From contig OX597833.1 of the NCBI GenBank assembly GCA_951406725.2, positions 41,726,001 to 41,790,000 on the forward strand: a stretch of DNA of 64,000 nucleotides, read 5' to 3'. The translations under genes were made by a program, and so were the position numbers. Shown here one piece after another: positions 25,208 to 38,971 of this stretch (position 1 is its first letter; each line of letters opens with the position of its first letter). This stretch comes from Octopus vulgaris (taxonomy: Eukaryota). Under the pieces are notes generated by a model. The model had not been told where the DNA came from and made no database searches. It was given only the letters and a program-made list of their open reading frames with translations.

Positions 25208-26962
25208 CTCTCACACTACATGTATGTGTATCTGCTCATACACCATTAACCAAAAATACTGTTCAAAAGCAGAGTGAAATACAAGTTAGTCTCTAGAGAC
25301 TATAAAAGTGGGTTAGTTCGTTAGTTAAGCAACTGTAGTTGCCAACAGAATAGGAGCTGGAGGCAAAGGGTGTGTGTATAGTGGGGTGTGGCTGTTAAAT
25401 GTTCGCGTCAATGGGCAGTGTGATTAGAAGAGGAAATCAACCAGTCTAGGAAAGATTAGTAGGGTGATGATGCCATGTTAGAGGAAACTGTTTATGTAGG
25501 TAGCCAGTATAGTACATTTAAAATACAAAACTCACTGGTGATATTACAAGAGTTCACTGCAGTTTTTATTTGTTTATCTATTATGGCAGAGAAGTATTTA
25601 GTTGAAATGTAGAGGGAAAAGGTCAACATTAGATTTCTTTTTCACCCCTCATCATAGACGAAAATTCTATTAACAGCAGCAGACTGAACCATAAAACTGG
25701 GTTTATTGATTAGTGTATGTGTGTGAGTTTTTAAAAGATTTTATTACATATATATATATATACATAAATGCATGCATGCACACACATATGAGCACGCACA
25801 TACACACATTTTGTGTATATTTTTATTCCATGATTTGGTCAGTTGAGTGTAGTGAATTAGGTCAGTTATCAGAATTGAAGGTATTTCTTGGTGGGAGTAT
25901 TTCTCTTTATTGAATCTTGATTTTTTTTTTCTTTTAGTTTTGCTTTTATTATTTGGCATCTATTTTTAGCAAAATTGCAATCTGTTTTGTTGCACATAAG
26001 CAGGTGCTTTAGTAATGCACACCTGCACATATCTGCTTGTTTGTGCTGAAGACTGCACCTTTCGTACTGATCGATCCTTGCTTGTTGCGAAGCTTTCTGG
26101 CAAAAAGGCATTAAGTAGATATTTGACATCAAATTGAAGGTCTTCACATGTCTGTCTCACCTTGCTCGCCTCTATTTCACCTTGCTCTCGTGTATTTCAC
26201 CTTGCTCTCAAGTCTTACAGATAGCTCCATTAGAGAGTTTATTATTGTAAACCTCAGGCCTATGTAATTTACTGTGATTAAGTTTAGCTTGAGTAGTTGG
26301 CATAATAGCAGAACAGCACACACATGGACTATGCACACTTTCACATGCACACACACACGTGCACGCACACACACATACACACATACACACACACACACAC
26401 ACACAACTTTCTGCTACTCTATAAAGTACACTTTGAAACTTGATGTGGCTGAGCTATGCACATATTTTAGAGGTTTTGTCTGAATTTTCTGAGATGAGGA
26501 ATTACCATTACCATTACCCAACATTACGCACTTTAGGTACGGGTCTTTTACCATAGTCATGGGCTGACAAATACCTTGTAAGTGGATTTGATAGATAACT
26601 GAATGAAGGCCGTTGTGTATGTATGTGTGATTGTTTATATTTGTGTTTCTTTCAAAACCACTGAGCTACCAGCAGTGGGGATGTGATCATTTCGTGTCAA
26701 CAAAATTGTACTCTGGGTTTATGGTATTGAAGATATGTGGAATAAGGTTTTCTTAGTTGAAAACCAGGTCAGCGTTAGTGACAGGAACAGCATCCAATGC
26801 CCCAGTCAAATATTTGTCTACTAACCCATGCAAGTATGAAAATAGATGAGCATTCTCATCTTGATTGTTAGTCAAGATAGCGTTTTGGGCCATTGTATAC
26901 CTTGGCCTTCTTCAGATGCTTGCTGTATTTACTAATATTCTTTGAATTTTAAACACTCTTTA

Positions 26963-27191
26963 TTAACCCTTTCGTTACCAACTCAGCTGAAGCCGGCTCT
27001 GGTTCTGAGTACAAATGTCTTGTTTTCATAAGTTATGAATTAAAATCTTCCACCAAACCCATGTCACAATTTATGTTCCTAACACTAGCTGAATGATAAC
27101 TAAGTTATTTTACTAAATTCTTTGTTATATTTGAAATTAATTGAAAGAAACATAGGGTATCTCAACAGAAATATGGTAACAAAAGGGTTAA
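26963..27191 (-). mobile_element. TTAA MITE family A, complete
   Basis: TTAA-CCCTTTCGTTACC ... GGTAACAAAAGGG-TTAA. Confidence 0.9.
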
Positions 27192-27842
27192 AGCCACCTG
27201 GATTTTATATATGGTTCAGTTGAAATACCCAAAATGTTACTGAATATGATAGGCACCTGAAAAAAACCAGAGTGTATAATAGCCAAAATATTGTGACTAT
27301 AACAACCATGATAAGGCCCTTAGTTGAAATATACCAAGTGTATAACAGCATAGTTGTTGTTCAGATAGATCTTTTGCTCCCTTTGTCTTGTAATCTTTCA
27401 GATTGTAAGGAGATTGGTGCAGGAATATTCTGTGATTAAGATACTTGCAATGCAAATACATGGCTTTAAGTTCAACTCCTCTGCATGACACTTTGAAAAA
27501 AAGTATCTTTTGTCATAGCTTCAGCTCAATCAAAGCCATGTGAATAAAATGATTGATGATGGAAACTGTGGAAGCATATCAGAGAGACTGTTCTTGTTCT
27601 TTTGTGGTGAACATTGTCCATTACGTAGTTTAACACCACCATCACACCCTTGGGTATCTTTAGTAGAGTTGCAAGCTTTTAGGCTAGTTCTCCTTACATG
27701 TCTGAATTCTTGTCCTTGTGCCTATTTGCTGGTTAACTTAGCCAGAGCCCCAATTCAGTACTAGTAATGTGATTATTTACTCATCATCATCATTGTTTAA
27801 TGTCTGCTTTCCATGCTGACATGGGTTGGACAGGTTGACATG

Positions 27843-28068
27843 GAGCTAGCAGAAACGTTAGCACGCCGGGCGAAATTCTTAGCGGTATTGCGTCTGCCGC
27901 TACGTTCTGAGTTCAAATTCCACCGAGGTCAACTTTGCCTTTCATCCTTTCGGGGTTGATTAAATAAGTACCAGTTATGCACTGGGGTCTATATAATCGA
28001 CTTAATCCCTTTGTCTGTCCTTGTTTGTCCTCTCTGTGTTTAGCCCCTTGTGGGTAATAAAGAAATAG
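27843..28068 (+). mobile_element. SINE beta nested in an RTE tail
   Basis: TSD ttgacatggagct on both sides. Confidence 0.85.
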
Positions 28069-28549
28069 GTTTGACATGGAGCTGGCTAGCAGGGAGTTGT
28101 TCAGACTCCAACTGCCTGTTGTGGCATAGTTCCTCTGGCTGGATGCCTTTCATAATTCCAACCACTTAACAGTGTGCTGGGTGCTTTTTATGTGCCACCG
28201 GCATGGGTGTGCTTATGCAGCACTGGCACCTGAATGGACAAACCTGTATGTGTGGAAGACAGTGATTTTACTTAGCTTGATATGTCTTATCAAGAACAGC
28301 AAGTCACCACATCTCACTGGTCTAATAAAACTGGAAACTGATAAACTAATAATGGTTTCAAGTTTTAGCACAAGGCCAGCAAGTTTGGAGATGGAGTAGG
28401 TTGATTTCATCGAACCCAGTGTTTAACTGGTACTTACTTCATCGACCCCCGAAAGGATGAAAGAAAGGCAATCTTGGAGAAATTTGCGTGCAGAATGTAA
28501 AGAGAGATGAAATGCCGCTAAGCATTTTCTCCAGCATGCTAATGATTCT

Positions 28550-28928
28550 TATTTCTTTATTGCCCACAAGGGGCTAAACATAGAGGGGACAAACAAGGAC
28601 AGACAAAGAGATCAAGTCGATTGCATCGACCCTAGTGCGTAACTGGTACTTAATTTATCGACTCCGAAAGGATGAAAGGCAAAGTCGACCTCGGCGGAAT
28701 TTGAACTCAGAACATAGCGGCAGATGAAATACCTATCTCTTTACTACCCACAAGGGGCTAAACACAGAGGGGACAAACAGATTAAGTCGATTGCATCGAC
28801 CCCAGTGCGTAACTGGTACTTTATTTATTGACCCCGAAAGGATGAAAGGCAAAGTCGACCTCGGCGGAATTTGAACTCAGAACGTAGCGGCAGATGAAAT
28901 ACTGCTAAGCATTTCGCCCCGTGTGCTA
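28550..28928 (-). mobile_element. Tandem SINE beta dimer
   Basis: One full and one 5'-truncated copy joined near 28733. Confidence 0.85.
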
Positions 28929-31729
28929 ACGTTTCTGCCAGCTCACCACCATAATTGATAAAATGAAAATTTAAAAAAATACTTGTTTCAACAATTATGT
29001 CTAGTTAAGTACAGAGATAAAGTATTATAAATATATCTGTGTCAGTAGAGGAGATTGCTATAGCTATGTCAGTAAATACCCTCCCACACAAGCTGCTATT
29101 CTTGTGTATAGCCGGGTGGTCGGTGGTCATCTGTAGTTTTGTGGTGTAAAATAGTTTCATTACTTGTAGCTTGATAAAAAATAGCCAGTCAGGTCAACTG
29201 GTTATCTACTTGTTAGACAGGGCAAAAAGCCAGATTGATTTTGTTTTGACTGGGGAAAACAAGGAAGGTAAAACAGTAAATACAAAGACAATCCCTTGTG
29301 TGGAATAATAATTCTCAGCATAGATTTACCTGATTTCATGTTTCAAACAATGAAGCAAAGAGCTAACCAGTAGAGGAGTTGCTAAAAAGTGCCTCGGTGA
29401 AAGCTTATATATGCAACAAAAGGCATATAGTTGATTAAACCAAAAGTACGTACTTCAGTGGAAATAATTATTCTAAAACAAATATTAATATTACTCACCA
29501 AAGACTTCATTAAAGAAATTCATTATAAATTTATTTCGATTAGCTTAAAGACCCCCAGAATAGAACAAGTCACATATATCCTTGAGGCAATAGCTATTAT
29601 TTTCTCTTTAAACCATTGAATGTAAATTATCATCATCATTGTTTAATGTCCGCTTTCCATGCTAGCATGGGTTGGACGATTTGACTGAGGTCTGGCGAAC
29701 CAGACTCCAATCTGATCTGGCAGAGTTTCTACAGCTAGATTCCCTTCCTAACGCCAACCACTCCGAGAGTGTAGTGGGTGCTTTTACGTGTCACTGGTAC
29801 CATGGCCAGTTAGGTGGTGCTGGCAACGGCCCTGCTCAAATGGTGCTTTTTATGTGTCACCTGCACAGGAGCCAGTCCAGCGGCACTGGCAACGACCTCG
29901 ATAAAAAAAAAAAGAATTAGTTTACGGTGATCAGAAATGTTGACTTAAGTTGATTAAATATATGTTTCAATGAAGCCCGTAGTTAGTAATGTCTAATATT
30001 GGTTTTGGGAAATTTGACAATGTTCAAATCTGATAATGTTTGTTGTCTGATAGTAATATTAACAAGGCTATTTTTTATCATGTATATTGGGTGATTGGGT
30101 GTCTGAAATAACTGTATGTAGCAGTGGGCATTTTAATCTTTTTAATGCTTGCTTATTTCATTCTTGTGACATACAGCAAATTGTCTGCCAAATGTTTGAA
30201 AGACACCATATCTAAAAATACACGAATACCTCCTCCAGTTGCATTTTAAATATTTTCCTTTTAAAATTTCATTTGTACTCAGTGATTAATCAAGTATTTT
30301 TCTAATAGGAATTTAGCTATTTTTCATTAATGTTTTCTTATCACAAAACTTTCAAAGTTACACACACACATCTGCATTAGCATTTATTTTGCAGATTCAG
30401 TTAGTTTTCTCCAGTTGTAACTATAACATGAATAACTGCAATCCTCTATCCTCTGCTGTTGGTCATTTGAAGCTGGTCTGCATTTATTTGAAGAGAGCAA
30501 ATATTTGAATAGCAACAGGTACAGGCATAGGTGTGTAGTAAGAAGCTTGTTTGCCAACCATGTGGTTCCCACTGCATGGCACCTTGGGCAAGTGTCTGCT
30601 ATAGCTTCAGGCCTTGTGAGTGGATTTGGTGAACAGAAACTGAAAGAAGCCCTTCGTGTATGTGTGTATGTGTTTTTTTTTCTCCCCCCTCATTGCTTGA
30701 CAACCTGTGTTGGTGAGTATGTTTCCATAAATTAGCAGTTTAGCAAAAGAGATTGATTTAGTAAGTTCCAGGTTTTAAAAAATATATAAAATTAACTAAA
30801 TACTGGGCCCCATTCATTCAACTAAAATACTTTAAAACAGTGCCTCAACATGGCCACAGTCTGATGAGTGAAACAAGTAAAAGAACTGTTATTAGTATGA
30901 GGCATGTTCCTCATTCAATTACATGTCAGTTGTCTACCAGATTAATTCTGCCAATCTCCAAATGTTGAATTAGAATTAACAGTAACATGGATGATTAAAC
31001 TTTTGACATTTGGTGGAATCTAAAGTTGAGGGTTAATAGTTTTACTGGTCAACATGTTTAGGGTGTCTGCCTTAAGAATGTTACATAAATGAAGTAATTC
31101 TCAAATTATTTGAACTTTGAATTACAAAAATTGCATCAGTAATTATTTTCTTCAAGATGTGTCTCATTTTCGATAAATGTTGTTGCTGTTTGACCTCACG
31201 AAAACAAATAATAAGGTTTTATAAGAATAACCACGTTATCTTATGTATCGCAGCAAAATTCTGAAGCAGAAGTTTGAGCTGAGTTTAACCATTTTGATAT
31301 CCCATCTCAAAGCAGACCTCTAATCAAAGCATTCTAACCATGACCATCCTGGCCAATGTGGTTTTTTTCTTTTCTTTGAAATGTTAGAATATGGTTTGAA
31401 GAACATTTGGTTGCTGTTTCTAGAAATTTGAGTGGCTACACAGTCTCCCCCATTGCTTCACTAGATGTTTGTCTATATATTATCTTTTATCCTTTATAAT
31501 CATTAGACTGCGGTCATGCTAGGTAACTGCCTTGAAGAATTTTTAGTCAAATTGAATTGACCCCACTACTTAATTTTCTTAAAGCTGATACTTATTCTAT
31601 TGGTCTCTTTTGCTGAACTACTAAGTTATGGGACATAAACTCACTAATACCAGTTGTCAAGTGGTGTAGGACACACGCACACACACACACACACAGACAG
31701 ACACACACACACAGACACACACACAGACA

Positions 31730-31785
<56 letters not shown>

Positions 31786-32454
31786 CCTCTTTCAGTTTCT
31801 GTCTACCAAATCCATTCACAAGGCTTTGGTTAGCCTGAGGCTGTAGTAAAAGACCCTTGCTCAAGGTCCTACACAGTGGGACTGAACCCACAACCATGTG
31901 GTTGGGAAGCAAATATTTTACCACACAGCCATGCCTGTCCCTTGTAGAAATTTAAAAACCTCTCTCAGGCATGGCTGTGTGGTTAAGAAGCTCACTTTGC
32001 AATCATGTGGTTTTGGGTTCAGTCTCATTGCATTGCACCTTCGGCAAGTGTATTCTACTATAGTGCTTGGCTGACCAATGCTTTGTGAGTGAATTTGGTT
32101 GATGGAAACTGTGTGGAAGCCTGTCATATGTGTGAGATAGTGTTTGTGCTTGTCCCTCCCAGTCAGTTTTTGACAGCTGGTGTTGGTTTCTTTACATCAT
32201 TGCAACTTAGCAGTTTCGCAAAAGAAGTCAAAAGTATAAATGCCGGATTTAAAAAGATAAGGACTGGGATTTGTTCAACTAAAACCCTTCAAGGCAGTGC
32301 TCCAGCATGGCCACAGTCTAATGATTGAAATAATAGATACAAGATTGATATCTATGAAGCTTGCTGGACAGGCTTCAAACTTCCATTTGCAATGTCTCCC
32401 ATGGTTGAACATTGTGGTTTTTTGTCTGTTTTACACTACTAATATTATTATATA

Positions 32455-32845
32455 CTAGCAGTATTGCCCGGTGTTGCTCAAGTTTGTTTCGACCCTTTAG
32501 AATTGGAATTTTTGAAAAGTAAAAATTTTGCATTATGTAGCTTGTTATTTATTCTCTTTACGTGAACATTTTCCTGGTTGAAATACACTGAAAAATGGCG
32601 ACACAGCAATCAAAACATCATAAAAAATAGGGATTTTCATAGAAAAAAAAGCACCTTTTTGATGTAAATAATTTTTGGTGTTAACATGGTCCGATTTGAA
32701 TTTTTTCTTCTATGGAAGGAAGAGCAAGCCTTCTTCTATCATACTCTCAATTTTGGTCAACTTGCGCCGCAGGGTCTCGGACGGGATAGTATTAGTTGAA
32801 GGCTACCAAACCTGCCATACACAGACAACTTCAGCTTTATATATA
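32455..32845 (-). mobile_element. Non-autonomous Helitron-like element
   Basis: Minus-strand 3' end is a decayed GC hairpin (GAGCAACACCGGG) followed by ...TGCTAG|T; the 5' end is TATATATAAAGC...GTCTGTG; no TIR or TSD. Confidence 0.65.
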
Positions 32846-32847
32846 CT

Positions 32848-33057
32848 CTTTTACTCTTTTCTCTTTTAGTTGTTTCAGTCATTTGACTGCGGCCATGCTG
32901 GAGCATCGCCTTTAGTCGAGCAAATCGACCCCGGGACTTATTCTTTGTAAGCCCAGTACTTATTCTATCGGTCTCTTTTTGCTGAACTGCTAAGTGATGG
33001 GGACGTAAACACACCAGCATCGGTTGTCAAGCAATGCTAGGGGGACAAACACACACT

Positions 33058-33089
<32 letters not shown>

Positions 33090-33254
33090 CACGACGGGCT
33101 TCTTTCAGTTTCCGTCTACCAAATCCACTCACAAGGCATTGGTCGGCCTGGGGCTATAGCAGAAGACACTTGCCCAAGATGCCACGCAGTGGGAGTGAAC
33201 CCGGAACCATGTGGTTGGTTTGCAAGCTACTTACCACACAGCCACTCCTGCGCC
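32848..33254 (-). mobile_element. SINE family alpha, full length
   Basis: Reverse complement of the 7563-8000 family. Older copies at 31485-31938(-), 31967-32345(+), 30520-30885(+) and 52490-52650(-). Confidence 0.85.
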
Positions 33255-34989
33255 TATATGTAGAGATTTAATTATAGAATTTTTTTTTTATTTGTGAATT
33301 TAACAACAAACTAAACTAAACTAAACCAGGTTGAAAAACAACGAAAACTTTGGAAGGAAAGATATAAATAATGAGTGGAAATCGAACTGGTGATTGTGTT
33401 AGATAATAAGGCATTAAGACAACATGACTCTCCCCAGACACAACAAAATAAACTAACCTCTTATTATTGTAAAAGCTTCATGTTAACTCTGAAGCTATTT
33501 TCAGCAGTATCAGCAATTATCTGTTGATTGGGGGGAAAATTTCTCCCCAAAACATTGAGTCAATAGCCACTTAGCTGCAGTGTCACAATTCTGTACTTCC
33601 CTAACTGGAAGTCTGGGTGAGTGGAAGGTTGGTGTAATACTTCTGAGATAACAAGCAATAATTGGGGACAAATCTCTTGAAATTAGGTCCATTGTGAAAG
33701 GTTCAACTTGTCTAGGATAAAATGTTTATGAGAAAAATGCTAAGGGAATTATTTAGACTCTAATAATCATTTATGTAATCACTGTGCTCTTGTCAGCTAT
33801 CAGATCATTTATTTTGTCTGGTGCCAAAACTTTTTTTCCTTTTTGTTAAATAAATTCTATATCCTTGAGGAAGTTGTAACAGTTATAAAAGCTAAGTAGA
33901 TCAAACATCTGTCTTTAGTAGGTAGGTAGGAGTGGGCAAACTTGAAATTTACATGTGGTTATTATTTTTTTTTTAAATATCTTCCCTTTCAAAGTCGTTA
34001 TGAATTATGAAATAAATGTCACAGAAAGTTAAAATGTTTTAAGAAATTGAACTCCAACGGAATAGGAAAACCATTTGTGAATATCGAAACCTGGAATTTT
34101 GCCAATTGTTAAAGAAAATTATTTCATAATTAGTCAAAATGTGTGTGTGTGTGTGTGTGTGTAAAAGTGAATGCTTTAGTTTATGTATTTCTCAATGTTT
34201 TTAATACTGATATTTTGCTATGTTATTGCTGCTATTTTCTAAGAAATATTGTTGGCATTCTGTGAAAAAAATTTTGACTCATTTCAAAGAAATCTTTTCA
34301 AATAATTGTACTCCTTCTCCTCCTCATCTGTCTGTTGACTGGATCAGCTGGTTCTATGAGATGCACTGAGCTCTAACACACACACACACACCCTATTCCT
34401 TTGTTGCAGTGATGTTATACAGAATTTCACCATAATGTAGGATTCCGTAGTGCAAATCTTCCATGAATAAGGAAGTTAATGAGAAATGCATTTTACGCTA
34501 TGGAATTTCACATTATGGTAAGATTTTCAGGAGCATGAGGCTTCCTCAGCATAGAGGATGCATATATGTATATATGCACACGTGTGTGTGTGTGTGTGTG
34601 TATGTAGCAAGAAGTTTGCCTCACAATCACATGATTGTGGGTTCAATCCCACTGTTTGGCACCTTGAGTGAGTGTCTTCTAGTACAGTCTCAGGTTGACC
34701 AAAGCTTTGTGTGTGGATTTGGTAGATGGAAACTAAAAGAAACTCTTCTTGTGTGTGTGTGTGTGTGTGTTCTTAACATTGTGTGAAATTATTGTCACTG
34801 TCGTACTAGCTGTGTCACACATTTCCGATGTTCTGTGAGATTTCTGGCCATGGGAAAATATTACCTTGTTTGGCAACAGTTGAGAGTTGGTAACAGGAAG
34901 GACATCTGAATGTGGAAAATCCGTTTCGATAACCTTGGTCCAACTCCTGCAAGCATAGAAAGGTGGACATTAAAATATTGATAATTATG

Positions 34990-35021
<32 letters not shown>

Positions 35022-35407
35022 CATACAATTCAAAATAAATTAGTTGTCATATGATTCAAAGTAAATTAGTTGAAGTACTGGGTTGTAAGGGGTTGTAGAA
35101 TACCTGGTTGTAGGGTCTGAGTAGTTAAGTACCTAATTCTAGGGGTTTATATAGTAAAGTACTAGATTGGAAGGTTGAAAACTTTCATCTGTGGCCCAAT
35201 TAGATGAATTCCGTGACATTTTTGTTGTACACTATTTTAATACCTACCTTATCTGTGTTGACATGGATTAAATGGATTGATTGCTCTGTATCAAATATCC
35301 CATTGTCTTTTAACTAATTAAGCAACTGTCTTGTTATTCTCTCCTAACCTCTTCAATTATTATCTCATTGTGATTTTTCCTTCATCTTATCTAACAATTT
35401 GTTTTTT

Positions 35408-35635
35408 TTAACCCTTTAGCATTCAGATTATTCTGTCAAATATAAAGCTTATGTATTCACACCATGTAAAATTAATCTTGCATCATTTCATGGCTTTGAG
35501 ATTTCAATGATGTGATTGTTTATTTTTGAAATGACACAATAAGGTAGCTATGAACGACCATATCTGACTAGTTTGAACATAAAATAGGTAGAATATTTTG
35601 GCCGGATATGGCCGGTTTAAACACTAAAGGGTTAA
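35408..35635 (+). mobile_element. TTAA MITE family B, complete
   Basis: TTAA-CCCTTTAGCATT...AACACTAAAGGG-TTAA; another complete copy at 41918-42143. Confidence 0.9.
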
Positions 35636-36527
35636 TGCTTATTGGGACAATTTTACAAACTAGTGATTTCAATATGATTGCAGCGTGTTGAACACTAGGA
35701 CAATTTGAATTTAGAATTTAGGAGTAACACAAATATTGAAAGAAAAAAAAAAACATAGGTCCCGGGGTCGGTTTGCTCGACTAAAGGCGGTGCTCCAGCA
35801 TGGCCGCAGTCAAATGACTGAAACAAGTAAAAGAGTAAAGAGAGAGTAAGGAAACTGGGTATCGTTGGAAAATAGGAGGGAAAATCTTTGTAAAATAAAA
35901 TAATTTAAGGAGTAGAGGTGAGTACTTCATGTTTGAGGCAGGCCTCTTCAGTTGTTTCTGAGAAATCTTTGGAAGTGCTCAGTGTGTCCTTTCTCTGAAG
36001 AAGACATTGTCAAGAGAAGTGATCTACATCTTTTAAAGAGAACTGTTAAAGAAAGGATCCGTTTCTATGAAGATGAGCACTGAAAAAAATGGTCCAGAGA
36101 GGAAGAAACCCTGTCTAAATCCTCATAAATCACCTCTTCTCGCAGCATACTTATGTTACTAATTAAATGTTATTTAGACACTCTACTATTACCACCAACT
36201 CCACTGCTTTGTATTTAATATCTAACCTTTGCTTAATATATGCACCATTAATATATTTTCTATGTTATTTTTTAATGCCAGCCTCTCTCCCTGTCTCAGT
36301 ATATATTTTAGGGCTGCAGGATTTGGCAGAATTGTTAGCACCCAGACAAAATGCTAAGCAGCGTTTCTTTTGGCTTTACATTCTGAGTTCAGATTCTACT
36401 GCGGTTGACTTTGCCTTTCATCCTTTCAGAGTTAATAAAATAGGTACCAGTTAAGTACTGGGGTCGATGTAATCAACTAGCCCCCCCCCCCCCGCCAGAT
36501 TTCAGGTCCTGTGTCTATAGTAGAAAG

Positions 36528-36580
<53 letters not shown>

Positions 36581-36582
<2 letters not shown>

Positions 36583-37245
36583 GTTGGACAAAATAATAGA
36601 AACACCTTACAATTTCAAACAAATTTATTTTAATATGAGGTAGGACCACCTATGGCAGTAATTACAGCTTAAATTCTATGAGATACAGATTTGTACAAGG
36701 TTTGAATTGTATCCAAAGGTGTTTTTGTCTATTCTTCAGCTAAAACAGTCTCCAGTTCTTGTAGTGATGATGATGGTGGAGGATAAAAATTCCTTACTTG
36801 TTTTTCTAAAATGCACCATAAATGTTCAATAATATTGAGATCTGGGGACTGTGGAGGCTAGATAAGATGTTCACCTTCACTAAAATGTTCCTCGTACCAT
36901 TCAGTAACAGTTTTAGCTGTGTGAATTGGTGCATTATCATCCTGAAAGATTGCGTTTCCCTCTGGAAACAGTTCCGTAACCATAGGATGAATTTGATCTG
37001 ATAAAATGCTTAAATAGTCTTGACTATTAATTCTGCTATGAAAGGAAACTATTGGGCCAGTGGATTTCCAAGATATAGCCCCCCTTCCCCCTTCATCACA
37101 GATCCTCTTCTATGTTTCACAGTTGGAAGAAGACAGTCTGGGTCAAATGCTTCTTTTGGCTGTCTCTGCATGTATAGTTGGCCGGTAGTTGGAAATAAGG
37201 TAAAGGATGACTCAGCCAAGAAAATAACATTGTTTCACTGCTCTA
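36581..37245 (-). mobile_element. Tc1-family transposase relic (D-36-E spacing) with a terminal repeat abutting (TA)n
   Basis: Minus strand: VIFLAESSFTLFPTTG...FDPDCLLPTVKH..GSVM; IFQDDNAPIHTAKTVTEWYEEHFSEGEHLI*PPQSPDLNIIEHLWCILEKQV; TIR-like GGGTTGGACAAAATAATAGAAACACC. Confidence 0.88.
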
Positions 37246-38971
37246 GATACTGATGACCTGAGTGATAAACTGGATAGCAGACTAATCATTTGTTGTGTAC
37301 AAGAACAAAGACTGTTGGTACAGATCTGTGATATGTATGGAGGATAGCAGATAGGTAAAGAAGTGTCTAGATATCCAAGTGGAAGGAAACTGTGCAAGAA
37401 GATCATCATCTTCGTTTAGCGTCCACTAAACGGTTCAACTGGGGTCTGGGAAGCCAGAAGGCTGCACCAGGCCCTGTCTGATCTGGCAATTTTTCTACGA
37501 CTGGATGCCCTTCCTAACGCCAACCACTCCGTGAGTGTAGTGGGTGCTTTTTACGTGCCACCAGCACAGGTGCCAGACGAGGCTGGCAAACGGCCACGAT
37601 CGGATGGTGCTTTTTACGTGCCACCAGCACGAGGCCAGTCGGGGCGGCGCTGGCAACGGCCACGTTCGGATGGTTCTCTTATGTACCACCAGCACTGGTC
37701 TAGGAAAATATTTGCAGAAGTGGTAAAAGCTTTTCTCGGGATGTTGAACCTCACAAAAGAACATGACAAATAGTGAGATGCTGTGTTGAAAAGGACCAAG
37801 CATGGTCATATATGTTAGGGTAGGTGTAGGTTCAGGGGCAGTTTGGCTGTTATTTCTAGCAAGTCAAAGGGTCGTGTTGAGGTTCCCTTGTTGGCTTGTT
37901 TAGCATCCTGTTAGCAAGGTTCATAGTTTCATTTATAATTTTAGACAGCCCTACATAAACATATGTAAATGAAGTTGGTCTAGAAGCTAGTTTAAAATTG
38001 ACCTACATTTGAACTGACACTCTGAACTATATGCATATTTTATCTTTGTAATAGGTTTGCTAACCTTTTCCACTTGCCAAACTGAAATATTTTTAATACT
38101 TTTGTTCTTATCTTTTTTTTTTATTGTTTTACTTCTTCCAGTTTCACAGAGTGTGTGTGAGTGTATATATATATATACACACACACACTGAATATAGTAA
38201 AAGATAATCACAAACATACCTACAGATTCATACCCACATAAGCACCTAATGATTTTCCTATTTTCAAATGATTGTGCTACTTCAAGTTTGGGAAATCTGG
38301 CCAATATTGGCATCTAGCAGTTTCTAGGCCATTTTGGTCTCGAATGACAGTTCTTATTAATGCCTAGTCATTGACTTAGCAAATTATCTGATTATTTTAC
38401 TCTAAACTAATCCTCTCTCTCTAATTTTCATCTCTCGTATTAAGCTAGTAAACTAGAGATTTTCATTCAGAATTTTCTTTCTCTTAACCAAATCATTTGA
38501 TTTATAAAAATATCCTCTTATGAATTAATACATTTTTCAGTTCTGTCGCCCACATCTTTTGATTGAGGCTTTCTCCATTAGACACTTGACTACATAGACT
38601 AGAATTAAAACATGTTCATTGTTTTCCAGTTCAGCTATTAGTGTTAGTCTATTTTTATAGATTTGTTAGTACTCAAATAATGAATGCTTTTATTAAGTAG
38701 ATAGTCGTCTACAAATAAGTTACTGATGCATTCAGTTTTCTTTGTTTCAGTGTTGTGCTGTACTATAAAACATATTCATAGGTTTGTTGCCGACACTGTA
38801 TGTAATAAATGGATAGATGTAAACACCTTGTCTGTATATGCTGTATCTTCATGAAGGGAAAAAGAGGGATTAGCCAAACTAGATTCGGTCTAGTTTTTGG
38901 ATTACATCAGTAACTGAGTCCCTTCTTTAGCTGTACATGGAACAATGGGCTATCATTGCACTGTTACAGAA

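Noticed and set aside
35925-35960. Minus-strand CTGAAGA-GGC..GCC possible hammerhead
   Set aside because: No GAAA and no stem I complement.
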